Shown in pieces: positions 42,096 to 52,733 of a stretch of 64,000 nucleotides of DNA; positions within the stretch are counted from its first letter, which is position 1, and each line of letters opens with the position of its first letter. The stretch covers positions 352,001 through 416,000 of the forward strand of contig CAXXKA010000006.1 in NCBI GenBank assembly GCA_963668625.2. Reading direction: 5' to 3'. The position numbers were made by a program, and so were the translations under genes. A model generated the notes under the pieces. That model had not been told where the DNA came from. It searched no databases and saw only the letters and a list, made by a program, of their open reading frames with translations. The stretch comes from an uncultured candidate division Zixibacteria bacterium (lineage in GTDB: Bacteria; Zixibacteria; MSB-5A5; UBA10806; 4484-95).

Positions 42096-44315
42096 CTATT
42101 TAACCAACATCATCTTTCTGGTTTCAACCAGGTCGCCGGCGGTTAGTTTGTAGAAATAAACACCGGAGCTGATCTCGGAGGCGTCATACCTGATAGCATG
42201 CGAACCTGTGGGTAATTCGCCTTTGTCTATCGAGGTAACTTTCTGCCCCATGATATTGTAAATGTCCAGTACGACATCCGACTGTTGAGGTAAGTCAAAT
42301 CGAATTATTGTATTCGCATTAAATGGATTGGGATAGTTCTGGGCTAAACTGAATTTCTGGGGAAGTGGCGCATCATTCTCCTCGATGTCTACCATATCCC
42401 TGACCATATTCAAGGCGTTATAGGTGATCTGCATCATGTCACCGCTACACTCCCTGGCATCGCCGATATAACCGTTTATCGCCACTACATCATGGTCTGG
42501 ATTATAGGCAACGAACGGCGTGCTGTTATCCCATGAGGCTACCGTCACGCCATCGTTTTCGACAGTAATATCCGAGGTGTAATAGTCAGTTGCTTCTGAT
42601 ACCCCTAACATCAACGGATGATCTGCATTGTACCAACCGAGACTGTGGTTTTCAAAGTACGAGGCGCCCGTACCAAACGGAGAATAGCTGTCCGCGAGCC
42701 TGCCTTCCAGCATATAGTATTCCGCATCAACAAAGCAGAATTGTTGAAGAACGACACCACCGCCCATATCGACATAGTCGGCCAGCCTGTTGCCTAATAA
42801 CGTACCGTTATCCAGCATATAATTCGACCATACTACGACGGCTTCGTACATGTTCAGGTATTCTAATGTCGGCGTACCATCCATAACATTGTAGTAATGA
42901 ACGCTTGAGATATTAGGCATTTGCATGAGATCGTGTTCCGCTAAAGCATGGCCATAATCCGCCGCTAAAAACAATATATCGGGCTGGTTTTTGGTGGAAA
43001 ATATTATGGCATTATGAACCATATTATTAACATCCCCGGTAAACATCTGATCGTTGCCTACAAAAACGTTCAGGGCTACGAGGTTATTGTCGGGATTGTA
43101 AGCCGCCAGGGGAGTACCATCATCGAAAGAGGCTACAAGCACCGGGTCATGCTGCAATGTTATCTCGGCCGAGTAATATTCAGTCACAGAATCAACATTC
43201 ATCATGATATAGTGGCCTGAATCGTATTCTCCCAAAGACTTGGTCGTATATGAGCCGATTCCAACCGTAAACGGGCAATACTCGGTCATTAATCTTCCCG
43301 CCATATTCCAATCGGTATTGAAATCGAATACGAGTAAGGTAACCGCGCCACCGTTATCCTCGTAGTCGGCCAAAACATTACCGATCGCAGTATTATCGTA
43401 AAAAGGAGAATTCGACCAGACTACGACGGCATCGTATTGCTCGAGTAATCCCATTCCGGGAGTTCCTGTGGCTGCATCGAAAAAATCCACATCAGCGATA
43501 TCTCCATAGGCTTCCAGGTCAGTTATGAATGTCGAAGCCGCATCACTGGCAACAACCAGTACATCTTTTTGACCGTAGTCGGGAGGCGTGTGAGAAAACA
43601 GTATTGATGTGCCTGTTTCATCTCTGGTGGTGTCGAATACGTACTCCAGACCGTGATTGCCGGTCTGGTTCTCGATACCGATCGTGTGAGAATTCAGTAT
43701 TCCGGTTAGCGATTGATATTGGTAGAGTATGTTACCATCGGAAGTTATGATAGCCTGAAACGAGTATTCGCCGTCGTCCGAGTAGCGCTGGAAATTATGC
43801 CAGGATACGATTAGCGTATCGACATTGTTGGTGTAATAGTACGCCTGCCCGGTATCTCTGGGGTGAAGGTCATCCCAGTATACTGCCAGCAAATCATTGG
43901 GCTCATCCTCGGTGGGGATGGTTCGATTGGTGACCCCGGTTGAAGCAGAGGAAAAAGTTATGAAACCGTTGGAACAGGCGCGGAACGAGATGAAATCGAC
44001 ATTGTAAAAATTGAACGTGAAACCGATAGGGAAGGGGCCGATGTTTTGATCGTCATTCACTATTTCCATATTGGTTCCATAGCCTGATATATCGATCCAT
44101 TCGTACTCCGGGGAGTTGAAAGCTATATCCTCGGAGTCGTAATAATAATAACCGTAAGCATCGGGGCCGCCGCTATCGAGAATTACCGGGTGATCAACCG
44201 ATTTTTCCCCGGTTATCGATCCCTGATGAATCCGGCTGTTACCGGCGACAGCCGTCCCGGCAAGGAAAGCGATTAAAATAAAAATAACCGCATAATACGT
44301 TATAAATTTCTTCAT
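42096..44315 (-). CDS. Secreted protein: GGPDxxGY (nidogen/NIDO-like) domain, two ~195-aa tandem repeats, T9SS-type CTD
   Basis: Signal peptide; repeats YDAVVVWSN..GNVLADY / YEAVVVWSN..GNRLADY; LAQNYPNPFNA CTD. Confidence 0.75.
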   Translation of the reverse strand: MKKFITYYAVIFILIAFLAGTAVAGNSRIHQGSITGEKSVDHPVILDSGGPDAYGYYYYDSEDIAFNSPEYEWIDISGYGTNMEIVNDDQNIGPFPIGFTFNFYNVDFISFRACSNGFITFSSASTGVTNRTIPTEDEPNDLLAVYWDDLHPRDTGQAYYYTNNVDTLIVSWHNFQRYSDDGEYSFQAIITSDGNILYQYQSLTGILNSHTIGIENQTGNHGLEYVFDTTRDETGTSILFSHTPPDYGQKDVLVVASDAASTFITDLEAYGDIADVDFFDAATGTPGMGLLEQYDAVVVWSNSPFYDNTAIGNVLADYEDNGGAVTLLVFDFNTDWNMAGRLMTEYCPFTVGIGSYTTKSLGEYDSGHYIMMNVDSVTEYYSAEITLQHDPVLVASFDDGTPLAAYNPDNNLVALNVFVGNDQMFTGDVNNMVHNAIIFSTKNQPDILFLAADYGHALAEHDLMQMPNISSVHYYNVMDGTPTLEYLNMYEAVVVWSNYMLDNGTLLGNRLADYVDMGGGVVLQQFCFVDAEYYMLEGRLADSYSPFGTGASYFENHSLGWYNADHPLMLGVSEATDYYTSDITVENDGVTVASWDNSTPFVAYNPDHDVVAINGYIGDARECSGDMMQITYNALNMVRDMVDIEENDAPLPQKFSLAQNYPNPFNANTIIRFDLPQQSDVVLDIYNIMGQKVTSIDKGELPTGSHAIRYDASEISSGVYFYKLTAGDLVETRKMMLVK

Positions 44316-44689
44316 GTTAATCTCCGTTTTTGAAGTATTTCTCAGCCCTCTGGTAAAATTATATCCCCCTTTGCGCCACCTCCTTTTTAGCGGTTAATAA
44401 CTTTAGTAAAAACGTTATGGTAGAATTCAAAACGTACGTTGGTTGGTTTGCCCACTATAAAATATGATGCCGATGACCTTTTGATGCTTTTGTGCTATTT
44501 TATAGCAGTATGCCTCGCTATATATCTAATATTATTAATTTTTGGATTTTGTCAATAGCCAATGTGTATTTATTTACAGGCTGTTTTGATTCTTTAGATT
44601 AATCGCAAAAAGGGTAGTATTGAATTTGTTGTAAATATAAAAGACAGGCGATTACTCTATAGATAATGTCATTAGCTTTTTCGATTTAA

Positions 44690-45348
44690 TTATGACTTTC
44701 TTACTTCCCCAGTCATAGCATCTATATTGCATTGCCAATGATTAATAGCAATTTGCCATGCCAGGTAATAACTTCCATCATCACCTTTGAGAATAATTAA
44801 TTGCCTATTTTTATTTACATTTGGATCGGCTATTTTTTTTGAGCGACGTAAGCATCTATGGCAATTTGAATCGTCTCATCCTCAGATATAGCTGGAGATG
44901 AACTTGATTTCTTTACATCTGTTGCAATTTCGCCGCTGAAACTAGTTAATGTTGTTTTATCATGAATTGTAAAAGCAAGCTTGATTCTATGATGGCTTAC
45001 TTGAATTCCATCATAAAACTGGCGAAACTTATAACCTAGAAATTGCCAGTTAACAGAAATTACCTTTAATTCTTCTCTAGGATTATCAAGGCCAAATAAA
45101 TCTTTGTGCAGCTTAAAAAATTCATAGCACCTATCAACCAAATCTACAGCAGTTATTTCTTTATCCAATTTGCCATTAAGTGTTTTTACCGATCCGTTTT
45201 CAGCATCAATAACACCCGTAACATTTCCTTCTCCAAATTCTTCCTCAATCGCTCCGGTTGGATTATGAATGTATTCGCCTGAAGTTTGAGCAATTGCTGT
45301 CATAATGGAAATAGTTTAAATTAAAGCAATTTGGTTTATTGTTTTCAT
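44690..45348 (-). pseudogene. Disrupted FTP/PepSY propeptide-like secreted protein
   Basis: ATG 45348 signal peptide has an in-frame TAA at codon 11; FRQFYDGIQV (FTP-like); frameshift at an A8 run (44833-40) continues to YYLAWQI..IDAMTGEV* (PepSY). Confidence 0.7.
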
Positions 45349-45681
45349 GGTACTCTCCAGTAATCATGATATTGTCAAAATCGCTACTAAAAATAACATA
45401 TTTAAAACAGATGGATAAAATATTTAGATATAACTCAAACGGTAAGCTATAATAAGTCAAACGATAATAGAATCGAATACTCTGATTGTCATTATCTCGT
45501 GTCATAGAATAGGTATACATTTAGAGCTTAATAATCGATAACAACTAAACTTCCCCGGAACGTAAACCCGCCCAAAAGCGTATTAATCACAGGCAGATTT
45601 CGGTTTCGGGCCGTATAAGGCCTTGACACAAAATCAACTCTGAAATAGAATGTTTTTCAAAAACCGAAAAAGGAGATCTCT

Positions 45682-46410
45682 TTGAATCAAACAATGCTTT
45701 TGCTTCTATTGCCCGATCCGGTAGCCGGGAAAAAGCTCACCGACCTGATAATGGAATCCTCGGTATTCGCCAAGATTATCCTGTTCGTGCTGGTGGCATT
45801 CTCGATTGTCTCCTGGGCGGTGATAATTTATAAGTTCTTCCAATACAAGCGCGTTACCGGAGAGTCCGAGGTATTCTTAAAGGATTTCCGCCGTCGCCGC
45901 TCCCTGGAGAAAAGTTTCTCCGTGCTGAGCAAAATGAACGGTACCCCGCTGGCGGCGATTTTCGGCGCGGCTTTCATCGAGCTGGAATCTTTAGTATCAG
46001 GCAGGAGAGGCTCTGACGAGCCCGTAACTATCGATGATGACGCACTGGAGCTGGTAAGTGAGGCTATCGATCGTACCGGCGTATCGGAGATCAGCAAGCT
46101 CGAAAAGAACGTGGTGTTTTTAGCGACTACCGCTAACGCCTCGCCGTTTTTAGGCCTTCTGGGTACGGTCTGGGGCATCATGGAATCGTTCGCGCAAATC
46201 GGCGTGATGGGAACCGCTACCTTAGCCGTGGTGGCGCCGGGTATCGCCGAGGCGCTTATCGCCACCGTGGCCGGACTGGCGGCCGCTATACCGGCGGTTA
46301 TCGCTTATAACTATTATACCAACAAGCTACGATTCATCGCCACCGAGATTGACAATTTCAAGTCCGAGCTGTTCTCGGCTATCAAGAAGGAGTTGGCCAA
46401 AGGTGCGTAA
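45682..46410 (+). CDS. tolQ: TolQ/ExbB proton-channel protein
   Basis: SIVSWAVI..SPFLGLLGTVWGIM..VAPGIAEALIATVAGL.AAIPAV..YN. Confidence 0.85.
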   Translation: MNQTMLLLLLPDPVAGKKLTDLIMESSVFAKIILFVLVAFSIVSWAVIIYKFFQYKRVTGESEVFLKDFRRRRSLEKSFSVLSKMNGTPLAAIFGAAFIELESLVSGRRGSDEPVTIDDDALELVSEAIDRTGVSEISKLEKNVVFLATTANASPFLGLLGTVWGIMESFAQIGVMGTATLAVVAPGIAEALIATVAGLAAAIPAVIAYNYYTNKLRFIATEIDNFKSELFSAIKKELAKGA

Positions 46411-46810
46411 ATTCAAATATGATTACCATCCGATGGCCGAGATTAATGTCACCAACCTGGTGGATGTCGTATTGGTGCTTTTGATCATCTTCATGATTAC
46501 CGCGCCCATGATGCAGGCCGGCGTCGATATCAAGCTACCCAAGGCCGCCGAGGCGCCGCGGGATGTCTCGACCGGTATCGTGGTTTCCATCGATAAGGAT
46601 CAGGTTATTTATATCGATAAATACAAAATCCCGATGGACCAATTCGAGACGCGCCTGAAAACTATCCGCGAGGTGAAGAAATTCCGGCCGGTTTACATTC
46701 GCGCCGATGAGCGCGTGCCATACGGTGTGGTGATGAGTATCATGAGCCGTATCAAAAAACTCGGTATCGATAATGTAGGCCTGGTGACCGAACCGGAGAG
46801 CAAGCTTTGA
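46403..46810 (+). CDS. TolR/ExbD protein
   Basis: EINVTNLVDVVLVLLIIFMITAP..IRADERVPYG. Confidence 0.88.
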   Translation: MRKFKYDYHPMAEINVTNLVDVVLVLLIIFMITAPMMQAGVDIKLPKAAEAPRDVSTGIVVSIDKDQVIYIDKYKIPMDQFETRLKTIREVKKFRPVYIRADERVPYGVVMSIMSRIKKLGIDNVGLVTEPESKL

Positions 46811-47523
46811 ACTATGCCATCATAATATCGCTGGTTCTTCACCTTGGTATTTTCGCGTACCTGATGATAGGCGAGAAACGCCCCAGCCAGAACGCTTACC
46901 CGAAAATCATGAATGTCGACCTGGTGTCATTGCCGCCGATATCGAAAGGCACACCCGCCGGATCGGAGACGCCGGGGCAGACACGGGCCGAGGCAGTAAA
47001 ACCCAAAGCCCAGACAAAAGTCGAGACTAAACCGACTACGACTCATATGGCGGAGATCGAAAAAAATAAACGTCAAAACACGAAGAAAAAGCCCAAACCG
47101 AAACCGCAGACAAAAGCCGAAAAAGCCGATAGCGAGAAACCGAAAGACAACGACGCTCAACCCGGGGATGCACCGGAACGTATCGGCCTTCCCGAGGGGG
47201 TAGAGACCGGCAGCGAATTCGGCGGAGTACGTCTGGATGGAGCGAATTTCGAGACGCCGACATATATTAATATCCTGTTCGCGAAAATTAAAAATCGCTG
47301 GAATAATCCATTCCAGGGAACCGATAAAACCAACGCCATAATTTACTTCACTATTCTCAGAAACGGCACTGTCGTCGATCCGATCGTGGAGAAATCATCG
47401 GGAGCGCCATCGTTCGATCAATCGGCTCTGCGGGCGGTGATCGAGTCCAAACCACCGCCGTTACCGCTCGAATACACCGGCAATCAGCTGGGGATTCACC
47501 TTGAATTTCAATACGTGCCGTAA
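46807..47523 (+). CDS. TonB/TolA-family energy transducer
   Basis: N-terminal TM SLVLH, Lys/Pro-rich linker, IKNRW..SSG..FDQSALRAV..PPLP. Confidence 0.85.
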   Translation: MNYAIIISLVLHLGIFAYLMIGEKRPSQNAYPKIMNVDLVSLPPISKGTPAGSETPGQTRAEAVKPKAQTKVETKPTTTHMAEIEKNKRQNTKKKPKPKPQTKAEKADSEKPKDNDAQPGDAPERIGLPEGVETGSEFGGVRLDGANFETPTYINILFAKIKNRWNNPFQGTDKTNAIIYFTILRNGTVVDPIVEKSSGAPSFDQSALRAVIESKPPPLPLEYTGNQLGIHLEFQYVP

Positions 47524-47697
47524 TTACTTGCAATAACTCGCCATATCATATATTTTCAGGCATTATCTTTGCGCTATATATAGGTTGAATAAAGCGAAAT
47601 ACAGGGCCTTACTTGATGGCTGATAACGGATTACTAAATCAGAGCATCACCCTGGATGTGCAAGATAATGCAAAAGATGTAAAACGAGGTGAGACTT

Positions 47698-48189
47698 ATG
47701 GCAGGTTATGGAAACGGAAGATCGAACAGAAGCGACATGGTGGTTACCATATTCGCAATATTCGCGATATTGCTGGCCGGAGGCATTTCCGTTGCCACTA
47801 TCTCAACCGACAAAAACTCCGATATAGGGGCGATTAATACAGTCATGGACGCCCAACCCTTAGCCCGTGCCGAACAGGCCGCTATGGCCGGCGTAAGCGC
47901 CGTAAAAGGCCATATAGAGTGCCACGGTATTACCGAAAGCGGCGGATTGCCCGATCAGTATTATGCCAACGGCGCAAGGTTCAACGCGCTCTGGGATGAG
48001 ATTAACCTGGCCGATTCGACCGTGAAAATTATCTCTACCGGCTACTGCCTGGATGACGACGGGCTGGAATATTCGACCGAGTACGAATCGATTATTAAAG
48101 TTGATTTACTGGCCAGCCATGATCACCCGATTCTTCAGGACTACTACAATAACGGCCGTCAGAGCGTTTTGATTAATTCTCCCGAGTAA
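47698..48189 (+). CDS. Hypothetical protein with PilX-like N-terminal TM segment
   Basis: Single TM followed by 'AEQAAMAGV' and later 'VKIISTG'. Confidence 0.4.
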   Translation: MAGYGNGRSNRSDMVVTIFAIFAILLAGGISVATISTDKNSDIGAINTVMDAQPLARAEQAAMAGVSAVKGHIECHGITESGGLPDQYYANGARFNALWDEINLADSTVKIISTGYCLDDDGLEYSTEYESIIKVDLLASHDHPILQDYYNNGRQSVLINSPE

Positions 48190-48303
48190 TATAAACAATC
48201 CTGCTTTTTAACCGTTAAAGTAAACATGAATAATATTCTCTGTTTGACAGCAGCCGGAGTTGTTTTATATTAAGTTAAGGTCATAATGATGAGGGAGAGT
48301 ATA

Positions 48304-49431
48304 ATGAATAAACGGGCTATTTTCGCGATGATAATATCACTGTTCTGCGTATATCCGGCTTTGTCCCAACAACTATCAAATACATATCTTAACGGCGTAT
48401 ATTATAACGATCAAGGGCAACCTGAATTGCCCGCATTTTTGAGCACCAGCGATACCAGTTTCTTGATGTTTAACATGCCGGAGGCGTTTTACTGGCCTAC
48501 CGGTCTGACAAAAGAAAGCGAAAATTTTTACTGGCTGGCAGACTACAATCCCGGTCAAAGTAAACTTCGCAAGGTGTTTTACCGCATGGACGATCAATAC
48601 GCCTCGGTACTTAACTCATATGATTCGCCTTTATTAGGCTATGCAGGGCTCACTTATGACGGCGAGGATCTGTGGGCGGTATATGAAAATCAGTACAGGC
48701 TTTATCGCATAGATAATCTCACCGGTGTGACTATCGATTCATTCGCGTTACCGCTTCCCGATTCGCTAAATCCCGACCGTCACGCCTGGGGTATTGCCTA
48801 TGATGGCGAGTATCTCTGGCATAGTCAGTACGGTGAAAACTCTATTATCTATAAACTCGATCCCTCCAACGCCGCCATAGTAGATTCGATTATACCGACC
48901 GCCGCAATGCTTCTAGGATTAGCCTATGAAAATCCGTTCCTCTATGGCATAGATATTCAAAACGGTTTGATTTACAGGTTCAATCCCCAAACATTATCCG
49001 AGGTAGACAATTACGACTGGGATATTGGTTATCCGCTGGGTTTGCATTATGATTCGGAAGCCGGCAATTTTATCAATGTAAGCGGTAAGACAGATTACGG
49101 TGGGGATGAAGCGGTTTACATGGTAGGCATCACTGTGGGCATTGATGAACCATACAGTGCTGTGCCATCCTCGGTGGAGTTGCTTTCAGCTTACCCCAAC
49201 CCGTTTAACGCTACCACCAGCATATCATTCACGCTAATCCAGCCCTCGCAGGTAACGCTGGATATTTACGATATCCTTGGCCGCCGGGCTGAGAGCCTTG
49301 TAGATGAGTTCCTTCCCGCCGGTAACCACTCGGTGTTATGGCAGGCAGGGGAGATGACCTCGGGGATATATTTCTATCGTCTGACAGCAGGAGAGTATCA
49401 GGATTCGCGAAAGATTACGCTGTTGAAGTAG
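48304..49431 (+). CDS. Secreted beta-propeller protein (glutamine cyclotransferase/YncE-like repeats) with T9SS-type CTD
   Basis: Repeats GLTYDGEDLW / GIAYDGEYLW / GLAYENPFL; AYPNPFNA..RKITLLK CTD. Confidence 0.72.
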   Translation: MNKRAIFAMIISLFCVYPALSQQLSNTYLNGVYYNDQGQPELPAFLSTSDTSFLMFNMPEAFYWPTGLTKESENFYWLADYNPGQSKLRKVFYRMDDQYASVLNSYDSPLLGYAGLTYDGEDLWAVYENQYRLYRIDNLTGVTIDSFALPLPDSLNPDRHAWGIAYDGEYLWHSQYGENSIIYKLDPSNAAIVDSIIPTAAMLLGLAYENPFLYGIDIQNGLIYRFNPQTLSEVDNYDWDIGYPLGLHYDSEAGNFINVSGKTDYGGDEAVYMVGITVGIDEPYSAVPSSVELLSAYPNPFNATTSISFTLIQPSQVTLDIYDILGRRAESLVDEFLPAGNHSVLWQAGEMTSGIYFYRLTAGEYQDSRKITLLK

Positions 49432-49625
49432 TACTGTTACAATCGAATTCCAAATAAACATTGACAATTAGATTATTTATTGTATTATACAGATGAATAT
49501 CTGAATATTTATTTTTTGACATTATAATATTGGGGGAATGGCATTGTGCAAGGGTATCTATTATTTAATTTGAATAAATGGATTATCTTAATCCTTATAA
49601 TAATGAATCGGGGGGGGTAGAAGTC
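49189..49625 (+). repeat. Array repeat R1: CTD-coding segment plus downstream promoter region
   Basis: Nearly identical to 52291-52733; CTD part recurs at ~54921 and 58926-59166. Confidence 0.9.
49461..49488 (+). promoter_or_regulatory. Sigma70-type promoter inside the array repeat (second copy at 52568-52595)
   Basis: TTGACA-16 nt-TATTAT. Confidence 0.55.
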
Positions 49626-49707
49626 CACCTTTCTTTCAAATGAACATCAGTTTTTTGTAAAAGTTTTTGGTCAAGAATATTATTATTACTCAAGGAAGGA
49701 ATTAGTA

Positions 49708-50181
49708 ATGAAATGTTTTAAAAATATAGCAATAATGCTTTGCTTAATAATATTGATGGGGGCAGTAACGGTTAATTTAGTAAAGGCGGCGGATAAATGC
49801 ACAGCAAGTGCGACAATAACTGCAAGTGATGATTGCGGCTCCAATCCGTTAGCGCAGAAAATATATGATCCCTGTGACGCAAGCAGTTACTCGATCTATT
49901 ACCATATTGAGTTTGATAGAACACTAAGGCAACAACCTAGTTATTCATCAACGATTCGGATTAGGATAGTCGACACAGGAGCTGCAACGGACGTATTTTT
50001 CCGCGATATACATTCTTGGAATTACTCTGCCGGCTCGACAGATAATGTTGTTGATGGTTTAGTACCAGTATGGGGAACCAGTAATTCTCACACATTCAAA
50101 ATAGAAAGAGTTTTGGGCGATACACAAATGTTTGAAAACATTCAAGCTGATGTCGACTATAGAATTGGTACTCCGGACTAA
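49708..50181 (+). CDS. Small secreted Cys-containing protein of unknown family (array unit 1)
   Basis: AAGGA RBS, signal peptide; paralog of 56345-56755. Confidence 0.8.
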   Translation: MKCFKNIAIMLCLIILMGAVTVNLVKAADKCTASATITASDDCGSNPLAQKIYDPCDASSYSIYYHIEFDRTLRQQPSYSSTIRIRIVDTGAATDVFFRDIHSWNYSAGSTDNVVDGLVPVWGTSNSHTFKIERVLGDTQMFENIQADVDYRIGTPD

Positions 50182-50244
50182 TATCAATCAATTAACATCC
50201 TCCTGCAGTTTTGTTACTGTGGGGGGATTCGATAGGATTTTACT

Positions 50245-52538
50245 ATGAATAGATTTAGCATATTTATACTATTTTTTAGCATGATTTGCCTAGCTAATTT
50301 TGCTTGGTCCAACGAAAACGAATGGACTACTAATGGTCCTTATGGAGGCACGGTTAAAACCATAGAAATTAATCAACACAATCGGAATACTATTTATATA
50401 GGCACGATTACGAATGGAATGTATCAAACTGTGGATGCCGGGGAGCATTGGAGTCATATCGATAACGATGGTTTATTCATGACAATGCGCGATATCTCTA
50501 TTCATCCATTAAGCCCTGATACTGTATTTATTGCTACTGTTAGCGGACTGTTTAAAAGCACGAATAGTTGCAGTACCTGGAGCTTTATCGCTGGATCTAA
50601 TAGTGAGTTCGAGGTAATTAAATATCATCCTCAAAATCCGCATCTATTATTCGCAGGCGGGCCTACGAGAACCTGGAAATCGCTTGATGGCGGTAATACT
50701 TGGGTGGGCTTGGATGTTCCCAGTTCCACGGGAATGATCGATATCTGCTTTAATCCCCAGAATCCTAATTCGGTATATTTTATCGGGACGTCAATGGTTA
50801 CCGAACGAGGAGTATGGAAAAGTAGTGATATGGGTGAAACCTGGGAAAATATTCAAAATAATATAATACCTTATGGCTCCGGTACGCATATCGAGATTGA
50901 TCCGGTTGATACTAACAATATTTACATTTCTGTAGATAATTACACTATGCAGGATTATCCCTGTATATATAAATCTACCGATGGAGGAAACAACTGGTTG
51001 GATATTAGCCCTGAGTTCCTTTATGTCCCCTACGTTTTATCCATAGTTGTTTCACCAAACAATAATGAAGTACTTTACGCCGCGACTTTTGATAATGGAG
51101 TAATCATGAGTGAGGATTCAGGCGATTCATGGAGTGAAATAAACGATGGATTAAGTGATCATCATGTTGCAGCTATCGAAATTGATCCGGTTTTACAGGT
51201 TATATATATTGGCACGATCTATGATGGATTTTATAAAAAAACAATTGCCAACAGTCGCTGGGATAAATTTAGCAACGACATTAATATCGCGCATTGTTTT
51301 CATATTGATGTAAGCGCTGAGAACTCTGCGAAAGCTTTTGTTGCAGCAGCAAACGGCGTTTTCTTTACAGAAAATTCAGGCGAATTATGGTCATGTATCG
51401 AAATAGATGTCCAGGAGGGAAATCAGCTTTGGGATGGTATATTCGATGTATATTTACCTCAGAGATATTATGCATGCTCAGGTCTATCAACAATCTCACA
51501 GGTATCCTTATCGCCTAAGGGATTTTATCGCTCTGATGACGCCGGTGTAAGTTGGGAATTTTACAATGATGGCTTGCCTGAATACCTCTCTTATAACTTG
51601 ATTACTGTTTCATATAATTATCCCGATTCGAGAAGAATTTTTATGACTTCAACAGCAGGCTTATATAAATCAGATGATGATGGCGAATCTTGGGAGTTAT
51701 GTGATAATGGTATTCCGACGAATGATTATTTCGAAGATATAGAAATTTCGCCATCAAACCAACAAGTAATAGGTCTAGCATATTATCCGGGCAATAAGTT
51801 GTTTATTTCTTATGATAGAGGTGATTCCTGGGTTGAGTCCGGCCAACTTCCCCAGGCTGCAGATGCCCATACTATTGAGCTTGCTTTTAATCCTTTAAAC
51901 TCTTCACATATCTATATAAGCATTGCAAGATTAGGAATATATGAATCGCTTGATAGTGGCCAAACCTGGCAAAGCTTAGTAAACGATTTACCTTTAGATG
52001 GTCATTTCAACTATGTATCAGGGATTACGATAAATCCTTACAACCCTGACAATATTTTCGTATCAACATTTGGCCATGGTATTTACCAAAGCCATAACGG
52101 TGGTTTGCATTGGGAATCGTTCAATGCGGGTATGGATACGACCGGCGTTTTTAATGAGATGATGTTTGCTCCAGGGGACACCACGATTTTATACTTAGCG
52201 CGCGGTAATCGTTCCGTCTGGTCAATCAATCGCACGCCTGTCGGAATCGAGAACGAAGAGGTAACCCTCCCTACGCAGTACAGCCTTTCGGCCTACCCCA
52301 ACCCGTTCAACGCTACCACCAGCATATCATTCACGTTAATCCAGCCCTCGCAGGTAACGCTGGATATCTACGATATCCTCGGCCGTCGGGCTGAGAGCCT
52401 TGTAGATGAGTTCCTTCCCGCCGGGAATCACTCGGTGTTATGGCAGGCGGGGGAGATGCCCTCGGGGATATATTTCTATCGCATTGACTGACTGCAGGAG
52501 AGTATCGGGATTCGCGGAAGATTACGCTGTTGAAGTAG
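50245..52538 (+). CDS. Secreted BNR/Asp-box (Vps10/sortilin-, YCF48-like) beta-propeller with T9SS-type CTD; frameshift near 52485 (ORF stops at 52491)
   Basis: Many S.D.G.[TS]W repeats; final CTD residues TAGEYRDSRKITLLK* lie in another frame ending at 52538. Confidence 0.8.
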
Positions 52539-52733
52539 TACTGTTACAATCGAATTCCAAATAAACATTGACAATTAGATTATTTATTGTATTATACAGA
52601 TGAATATCTGAATATTTATTTTTTGAAATTATAATATTGGGGGAATGGCATTGTGCAAGGGCATCTATTATTTAATCTGAATAAATGGATTATCTTAATC
52701 CTTATAATAATGAATCGGGGGGGGGTAGAAGTC
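52291..52733 (+). repeat. Array repeat R2
   Basis: Near-identical to R1, including promoter and poly-G tract. Confidence 0.9.

Noticed and set aside
47560-47640. Possible c-di-GMP riboswitch upstream of the PilX-like gene
   Set aside because: Only a short GCGAAATACAGGGCC resemblance; the GNRA-capped P2 stem could not be built.
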